Assembly: GCA_007571275.1 (NCBI GenBank)
Contig: RKRS01000234.1
Location: forward strand, 1-37,197
Direction of reading: 5' to 3'
Origin: Dehalococcoidia bacterium
Lineage (GTDB): Bacteria > Chloroflexota > Dehalococcoidia > Bin125
DNA: 37,197 nt
Shown here: one piece after another, positions 31,964 through 37,197 of the stretch
Numbering within the stretch: position 1 is the first letter of the stretch
Layout of the letters: each line of letters opens with the position of its first letter
Notes under the pieces: model-generated
The model's input: the letters and a program-made list of their open reading frames with translations, nothing else
What the model was told of the DNA's origin: nothing
The model's database searches: none
Program-made: the position numbers and the translations under genes

Positions 31964-32236
31964 TTGGCCTATGGCAGCGGATGGGAAATTGAGGAATCAG
32001 ATCGATATCTCAGCAACTATGAGGAGCATATTGCCGGTAGTCCAACAGTTGAGGACATGATTGAGGGTTTCATCTGGGCGCTGCGGGCCGACCCGACTGC
32101 CGGTCCAGTTCGAAAACACGTGGTCGGCAACTTCTAGTACACCACCTTTGTTGGTCCTCCGTCCTTCTGGCTCTTTTTCGAGATCGATGAGGATGCCAGG
32201 CGCATCACACTGGACTTTCTTACCCCTCCGCTGTAG
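31964..32236 (+). pseudogene. Small toxin-like ORF (RelE/ParE-like C-terminal signature) interrupted by an in-frame TAG at 32135-32137
   Basis: TTG 31964 has AGGA 9 nt upstream. The frame reads LAYGSGWEIEESDRYLSNYEEHIAGSPTVEDMIEGFIWALRADPTAGPVRKHVVGNF*YTTFVGPPSFWLFFEIDEDARRITLDFLTPPL*. It totals about 89 codons, typical of a type II toxin, and sits directly downstream of the Panacea gene. Local GC is visibly lower than the flanks. Confidence 0.4.
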
Positions 32237-32332
32237 CTGCGCTTGCCCCTGGTACCCTAACGACTGCCCCACGAGATTCGTTATTTCGTTATCCTGTGCG
32301 CGTCTCCCGATGTTTGCAGACTGGATAGAAGC

Positions 32333-33661
32333 ATGGTTACCGCTGAACGACCGACATTGACCCTTGACACCCTGAACATCACCGACACCGACCTCTACGT
32401 GCAGCATGGCTACCCGTGGGAAGCGTGGGACATTCTGCGTCGCGAGGCGCCGGTCTACTGGTACCAGCGGCCCAACTTTGAGCCGTTCTGGGCGATCAGC
32501 AAACATGCCGACGTCCGCTATATCTCCTCGCATCCCGATCTCTTCTCCAATACTCAGCTGTTGCGAATGAACGACACCGAGTCGATTGGCATCGGCGAGC
32601 GCGGGCGCGAAATCAACGCCAATCGCTACGGTGGACATCCCTCCGATCCGCCCGACTTCATCTTCATGGACCCTCCGGAGCACCGACAGCATCGCAGTCT
32701 GGTGGCGCATCACTTCACGCCACGGATGATGAAGAAGCTGGAAGATCACTTCGCCGAGATGGCGGACAACTACGTCTCCAACTTCGCCGACTCGATTGTG
32801 AGCGACTTCGCCGAGCGTGGCTCGCGCTCAGCGATCGACGTCGTGCATGAGTTGACGGCCAAGCTGCCGGTGGCCGCGATCTGCGACATGGGCGGCGTAC
32901 CTGAAGAGGACTGGGACAAGATCTTCCACTGGACCGAGACGGGCATCGGCGCGGCCGATCCTGAGTTTCGTCTGCCTGGCGAGGATCGCGAGCAGACGAT
33001 TCGCCGCGTCAATCTCGAGTTCAACCTGTACAACGAAGGACTGGTGCGGGATCGTCAGGCGAACGGGCTGGGCAACGACCTGCTCAGCGACCTGCTCCGC
33101 GCCGATATCGACGGCGTCAAGCTGACTCCGCGCGAGATCTCGTCCTACTTCCGTCTGTTGCTCGGCGCGGGCAATGAGACGACCCGCAACTCGATCACCG
33201 GTGGAATCACGGCGCTGATCGAGCATCGCGATCAGCTCGACGATCTCGTCGCTCACCCGGAACTGATCCCCTCCGCGGTGGAGGAGATTCTGCGCTGGAC
33301 ATCCATCGTGATTCAGTTCCAGCGTACGGTGACGCAGGATCTCGAGCTGCGTGGCAAGCAGCTGCGCAAGGGCGACTCAGTGGTCATGTGGTATCCGTCC
33401 GCCAACCGCGACGAAGAGGTCTTCCCCGATCCCTACAGGTTTGACATCCGTCGCGATCCGAACGACCACTTCGCGTTCGGCGGCTACGGCGAGCATTTCT
33501 GTCTGGGCGCCAACTTGGCCCGTTGGGAGATGCGCGCCATCTTCCACGCGCTGCTACCGATCCTGCCCCAACTGGAGCTGGCCGGCGAAGCGCAGATGGT
33601 GCCCAACTCGCTCCACGTGGGCGGGATCAAACGGCAGATGGTCCGCTACCGGGCCCAGTAG
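32333..33661 (+). CDS. Cytochrome P450 (CYP124/125-like), paralogue 2
   Basis: 442 aa, colinear with paralogue 1 at roughly 75% aa identity by eye. Shares GAGNETTRNS, EEILRWTSIVIQFQRT and FAFGGYGEHFCLGANLAR. Confidence 0.9.
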   Translation: MVTAERPTLTLDTLNITDTDLYVQHGYPWEAWDILRREAPVYWYQRPNFEPFWAISKHADVRYISSHPDLFSNTQLLRMNDTESIGIGERGREINANRYGGHPSDPPDFIFMDPPEHRQHRSLVAHHFTPRMMKKLEDHFAEMADNYVSNFADSIVSDFAERGSRSAIDVVHELTAKLPVAAICDMGGVPEEDWDKIFHWTETGIGAADPEFRLPGEDREQTIRRVNLEFNLYNEGLVRDRQANGLGNDLLSDLLRADIDGVKLTPREISSYFRLLLGAGNETTRNSITGGITALIEHRDQLDDLVAHPELIPSAVEEILRWTSIVIQFQRTVTQDLELRGKQLRKGDSVVMWYPSANRDEEVFPDPYRFDIRRDPNDHFAFGGYGEHFCLGANLARWEMRAIFHALLPILPQLELAGEAQMVPNSLHVGGIKRQMVRYRAQ

Positions 33662-33681
33662 CGACACAGACGCGCCACAAC

Positions 33682-33709
33682 GCCGATGGGGGCGGCCGCC
33701 TCCATCGGC
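33682..33709. terminator. 28-nt near-perfect palindrome between the convergent P450-2 and ferredoxin genes (probable bidirectional terminator hairpin)
   Basis: GCCGATGGGGGCGG/CCGCCTCCATCGGC forms up to 14 bp with one G-U pair. It lies 21 nt after the P450 stop and 4 nt before the ferredoxin stop. There is no strong U-tract. Confidence 0.5.
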
Positions 33710-33712
33710 GGC

Positions 33713-33904
33713 TTAATCTTCCACGGAGATCGCCGCGCGCGGACAGGTCCGCACGGCGCGCAGCACATTCGCCTCTTCATCGTCTGGCACGACATCGACC
33801 AGGACATGGGAGAGGTCGTCGTCGCGGACTTCGAACACCACCTCGGTCGCTTCCATACACTTCGCGTGCCCCTCGCAGAGGCTCGTGTCGATCTTGACTT
33901 TCAT
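33713..33904 (-). CDS. Small 3Fe-4S-type ferredoxin (P450 redox partner type)
   Basis: 63 aa with the CxxHxxC...CP cluster motif (CEGHAKC ... CPRAAI), as in actinobacterial P450-associated ferredoxins. Confidence 0.85.
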   Translation of the reverse strand: MKVKIDTSLCEGHAKCMEATEVVFEVRDDDLSHVLVDVVPDDEEANVLRAVRTCPRAAISVED

Positions 33905-33957
33905 GGCGGCCTCCTATCGATCGGTTCGTTCGGTTGCGCTGGATCGCGAACCATATT

Positions 33958-34965
33958 CTACCGAAATCTGGGCATCACCTCCCGAGCAAAGAGCTCGATG
34001 CTGCGCCGCGCCAACTCACGTGACGCCCCCGGCGGCACTGGCGACGTGATCAAGTGATCGGCCGGGATCCAGTTGAGCGTTCGCTCGATTGCCGCCGCGA
34101 CCTCGTCTGGCGTGCCGGCCACGAATCGGGCCTGCAGATCCTCATCAGTCTGGCTCAACAGTTGACCCAGAGGATCCAGCTCGCCCAAGTCTGACGCATC
34201 GTGGTACCACTTGCCGTAGGTGTCGCGCAGATAGCGTTGATGCGGTTTGAGTTCTTCCCAGAGCGCTTCCGGATCGTCGCTGACAAAACCACCTGCTGAG
34301 AGCAGTACTTCGAAGTCAGACGGATCATCGCCCTGCTCACGCAGCGTGTTTGCCCAGGTGTCGTAGACCGGGCGGTCGGCCACGATCATCAGATTGGCGC
34401 GGAAGCGAGCTGCGCGCCGCGCGGCTGCGTCCGATCTCGCCCCGACCCAGAGCGGAAACGGCTGCTGAATTGGCGGCGGAGTGACCTGCACGTCTTTGAC
34501 TTGATAGTGGCGTCCGTCCAGTGAGACCGTTTCGCCAGCCAGTGTCCGTGTGATGATCTCGAGCGATTCATCCATCAGACTCGCTCGAGATCGTCGGCTA
34601 ATCCCGAATCCCTCAAACTCCTCAATCCGATAGCCAAGCCCGACGCCCAGGTCGAAGCGACCATGCGAGAGAATGTCGACCGTCGCAGCGTCCTCAGCTA
34701 CGCGGATCGCGTTGTGCAACGGCAGTAGCAACACCCACGTACCGATTCGGATTCGTGAGGTTAGCCGCGCGATTGCGGCGGCAATCGGTAGCACCGACGG
34801 TGTATAGCCGTCGTCGATGAAGTGATGCTCGGTGATCCAGACGTGGTCGTAGCCCAGCTCCTCGGCGTAGACGATCTCCTCAAGCAGCTCGTCATAAAAC
34901 TGCGCCCACGGTTTGCGCCACTGCGGTGGGTTGCGGAAATCGTAGATCAGACCGAATTTGGGCAT
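33958..34965 (-). CDS. LLM-class (luciferase-like) flavin/F420-dependent oxidoreductase
   Basis: 335 aa with an N-terminal FGLIYDFRNP...AEELGYDHVWITEHHF pattern typical of luciferase-like monooxygenases. Confidence 0.85.
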   Translation of the reverse strand: MPKFGLIYDFRNPPQWRKPWAQFYDELLEEIVYAEELGYDHVWITEHHFIDDGYTPSVLPIAAAIARLTSRIRIGTWVLLLPLHNAIRVAEDAATVDILSHGRFDLGVGLGYRIEEFEGFGISRRSRASLMDESLEIITRTLAGETVSLDGRHYQVKDVQVTPPPIQQPFPLWVGARSDAAARRAARFRANLMIVADRPVYDTWANTLREQGDDPSDFEVLLSAGGFVSDDPEALWEELKPHQRYLRDTYGKWYHDASDLGELDPLGQLLSQTDEDLQARFVAGTPDEVAAAIERTLNWIPADHLITSPVPPGASRELARRSIELFAREVMPRFR

Positions 34966-35885
34966 CAGTAGAGACCAATCCGTCCACCGAGCGGGATGTC
35001 GAGTAGCTCGGAGCGTGGGGCGACGTGGTTAAGCTCGTTCTTGACCGGAGCCAACGAGTCAGGACCTGTCATGTCATGCGTCATCGGCGGCATCCAGTCA
35101 TCATGATGTCCGAGCACAATCCGCGGCGCACGCAGCATGTCCGACATCCGACCTACGAACTGAGCCAGCGAGCCTTGAATCGGTTCGCCGTCGATGTTGG
35201 GGCGTCCCGCCATCGCGACAATCGCTACATCTGGCCGCATGTTCTGGACGACGCCGGTCCAGCAGCCTGAGGTGTCGTGGTAGAAGATCGAGCCGTACGG
35301 CGTATCGATCAGGTAGGCAAGCGCGCCGCCGGTGTCGTTGGAACCCAGACAGGTGGCGACGTGATCCATCATCTGTGTGTGCGCCTCGGGACCCAGGTCC
35401 TGGGAACGTTCGCCGAGCGAGCCGCCAATATCGATTGAGCCGCGATTCCCCCAGCGCTCTTCCTCAGTCAGGCCATATTGGCCGAGCACTACCTTGCCCG
35501 GATCCCACGATCCCTGTGTCCAGATGCATGAGTGCAGACTGGGGAAGACCTCGACCGTCACGTCCTGGCTAATGCGGTGACGCTCGCCGCCCTGTGATCG
35601 GAGCAGCTGGCCTGCGGGGATGCCTGCCTCGAGCAGCACTCGCGCCGACTCATTGGAGCCAATCACCGGAGACCCAGTGTTGGCGGCGATCACTTCTGCC
35701 CCGGCGATGTGATCGAAATGTGAATGTCCGACCAGGACGGCGTCAGCTCGGGAGATGTCCGAGGCGGTCAGCCCGACATCAGGAGCGGACGGCACACGAT
35801 CGATGTATGCGTCGAGCATGAGCACGGTCTCGTCGACCTGCAACCGAAAGGTCGCGCATCCGAGCCAGTCGAGAGTGATGGTCAT
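34965..35885 (-). CDS. MBL-fold metallo-hydrolase
   Basis: 306 aa from ATG 35885, with GGAGG 7 nt upstream. MTITLDWLGCATFRL..., HSHFDH metal motif (HxHxDH) and later GHHDDW. Its stop overlaps the LLM start (TGATG). The 487-aa track ORF is an artefactual 5' extension. Confidence 0.8.
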   Translation of the reverse strand: MTITLDWLGCATFRLQVDETVLMLDAYIDRVPSAPDVGLTASDISRADAVLVGHSHFDHIAGAEVIAANTGSPVIGSNESARVLLEAGIPAGQLLRSQGGERHRISQDVTVEVFPSLHSCIWTQGSWDPGKVVLGQYGLTEEERWGNRGSIDIGGSLGERSQDLGPEAHTQMMDHVATCLGSNDTGGALAYLIDTPYGSIFYHDTSGCWTGVVQNMRPDVAIVAMAGRPNIDGEPIQGSLAQFVGRMSDMLRAPRIVLGHHDDWMPPMTHDMTGPDSLAPVKNELNHVAPRSELLDIPLGGRIGLY

Positions 35886-35934
35886 GGGTTGCCTCCGATG
35901 GTTGTGCTCGGAGGCTAACGGGTGGCGGCGTCTG

Positions 35935-36867
35935 TTATGCGGGAACGATGCGGAACCATTTGCGACGTCCGACGCGCAACACTGATCCGCTCCGAATCTC
36001 GGCGCTGAGTTCTTTGACGACCGCGTCGTCGATGCGCACTGCGCCCTGCGTGACCAGACGTTTCGCTTCGGCACGGCTCGCGGCGGCGCCGATCTCGTGC
36101 AACAACACAGGTAGCGCCACCTCGATGGCGTCAGCGCCGCCAAAATCGAGCTCCGCCTCGGGAATCTCGTCCGGCGCGTTGCGCTGCGAGAAGGTACGCG
36201 TCCACTGCTCTTCGGCCGATTGTGCTGCCGCGTCGCCATGCCATTCGGCGACGATCGCTCGCGCGAGACGCCGTTTGGCGTCCATCGGCTTGACTGCTCC
36301 AGACTTGAGGTCAGCCTCGATCTGGTCAACCTCCGCATCGGCGAGATTGGTGCCGTAATCGAAGAAACGGACGATGGCGTCGTCCGGGATCGACATCGCC
36401 TTACCGTATTGCGCGTTGGCTGGTTCATCGATACCGATGTAGTTGCCGGTGCTCTTGGACATCCGTTGCTTACCGTCCGTGCCGACGAGGATGGGCGTCA
36501 GTACGGCGATCTGCGGCGGTTGTTCGCCACGCTCCTGGAGCGTGCGGCCGCACATGATGTTGAAAGTCTGGTCGGTGCCGCCCAACTGCACATCGGCTTC
36601 CAGCGCACCGCGCAGTTGCTGGGCAGCGCGGTCAAGCGCTTCCTCCGGTGTCTCCCTCACGTCGTTTGTCTGTTCCGGCGTTTCTCCCTGGTCGGGGGAC
36701 GGCGCCGGCACTTGCTTTTTCCATTCGGCGTAAGCCGGATACCCTCGAAGCACTTGCTTGTCGATGCGAGAGGGTGTCCGGGACAACAGGCGCTTACCTT
36801 CAGGCATCAGCCGATACACGCCGCGCTTTTCCTGTTGGACAACGGCATCCCGGCGGCCCACTTTCAT
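35935..36867 (-). pseudogene. Chimeric ORF: Mrr-type restriction-protein N-terminal (winged-helix tail plus linker) fragment fused in frame to the C-terminal half of tyrosine--tRNA ligase
   Basis: Residues ~94-310 read [12 protein letters not shown]...[14 protein letters not shown] (KMSKS) plus a C-terminal S4-like domain. This is TyrRS from just after the Rossmann N-half, so the HIGH region is absent. Residues 1-93 ([14 protein letters not shown]...[21 protein letters not shown]) match the end of the Mrr_N wHTH and its linker. Confidence 0.55.
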
Positions 36868-36940
36868 GCAGGCCTGCCACCGGAGACCAAGTATGTTGAA
36901 TTCTGAATTACGTGGCTCGTTGAACTGGGGCTAAGCCAAG

Positions 36941-37197
36941 CTAGTGGTCGGCGAACGGCACGACTTCGCCAATGCTGGGCGCGCGAAGCGCGATCATAGC
37001 CCGCCGGTCCAGGCCGATCGCGACGCCGGCGCAGTCGGGGAGGCCGTGTTGCATTGCGGCCAGCAGGCGCGCGTCCGGTTCCATTTCCGGCTTGCCGCGT
37101 TCGCGACGTTGCTGATTGTCGCGGCGCATGCGCTGGCGCAGCTCTTCTGAGTCGGTGAGTTCGTAGTAGCCGTTGGCCAGCTCCAGGCCGCCGGCCA
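36941..37197 (-). CDS. epmA: EF-P--(R)-beta-lysine ligase (EpmA/PoxA/GenX), 3' end. The gene continues beyond the window
   Basis: GLELANGYYELTDSEELRQRMRRDNQQRRERGKP...GLPDCAGVAIGLDRRAMIAL...VVPFADH*. This has class II motif 3 and the short EpmA-type C-terminus. The frame is open to the window edge. Confidence 0.75.
   Translation of the reverse strand, partial: AGGLELANGYYELTDSEELRQRMRRDNQQRRERGKPEMEPDARLLAAMQHGLPDCAGVAIGLDRRAMIALRAPSIGEVVPFADH

Noticed and set aside
31997-32749. 250-aa - strand ORF across the toxin remnant and the P450-2 5' end. It appears 'conserved' with the 163-aa - strand ORF at 29950-30441 (both begin M(V/I)(L/F)Q(H/L)LHHP(R/W)REV)
   Set aside because: Both are antisense shadows of the two P450 paralogues. 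Their similarity is explained by P450 duplication, the composition is Arg/Val/Gly-rich as is typical of high-GC antisense frames, and there is no RBS or domain signature.
34965-36428. 487-aa ORF on the - strand spanning the MBL hydrolase and running into the tyrS-derived region
   Set aside because: The first ~180 residues are Arg/Ser/Pro-rich low-complexity sequence, read out of frame across the TyrRS-encoding ORF. A convincing start (ATG 35885 with GGAGG) gives a normal-length MBL protein beginning MTITLDW. The extension is a high-GC artefact.
36220-36906. 228-aa + strand ORF
   Set aside because: It is antisense to the TyrRS/Mrr chimeric ORF, whose TyrRS part has unmistakable motifs (KMSKS-like RMSKS). 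There are no motifs in the + frame.

Overview
High-GC (about 60-65%) bacterial chromosomal window, densely coding. I cannot assign a taxon from sequence alone. Most of it is housekeeping.

(1) An aromatic amino-acid supraoperon on the + strand, 2.1-16.6 kb: tyrA-aroA-gmk, then trpE-[two CMD-family genes]-trpG-trpD-trpC-trpF-trpB-[CPBP protease]-trpA, then an AroH-type chorismate mutase and a class I-beta DAHP synthase.

(2) A - strand operon: htrA-like protease, GH18-like membrane protein, rsmD, coaD and a coiled-coil protein.

(3) greA, lysS, a family III CoA-transferase, priA, a TauE/SafE permease and an AIM24-family protein.

(4) An accessory-looking oxidative cluster at 29-36 kb: an alpha/beta hydrolase, two paralogous CYP124/125-like P450s, a 3Fe-4S-type ferredoxin, an LLM flavin/F420 oxidoreductase and an MBL-fold hydrolase.

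(5) A chimeric Mrr-N-terminal/tyrS-3' ORF and the 3' end of epmA at the right edge.

I found no rRNA, tRNA, CRISPR array, transposase or integrase.

The most unusual observations:
(a) Two paralogous double-CMD (carboxymuconolactone-decarboxylase-fold) proteins, one fused to a degenerate Nudix domain, are translationally coupled between trpE and trpG.
(b) A CPBP intramembrane protease sits between trpB and trpA with overlapping stop/start codons.
(c) A Panacea (DUF4065) antitoxin-like gene plus a small toxin-like ORF broken by an in-frame TAG lies exactly between the two P450 paralogues.
(d) A truncated Mrr-type winged-helix fragment is fused in frame to the C-terminal half of TyrRS.

I do not recognise a complete known defence system. 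The functional ideas below are hypotheses and need database and structure searches.
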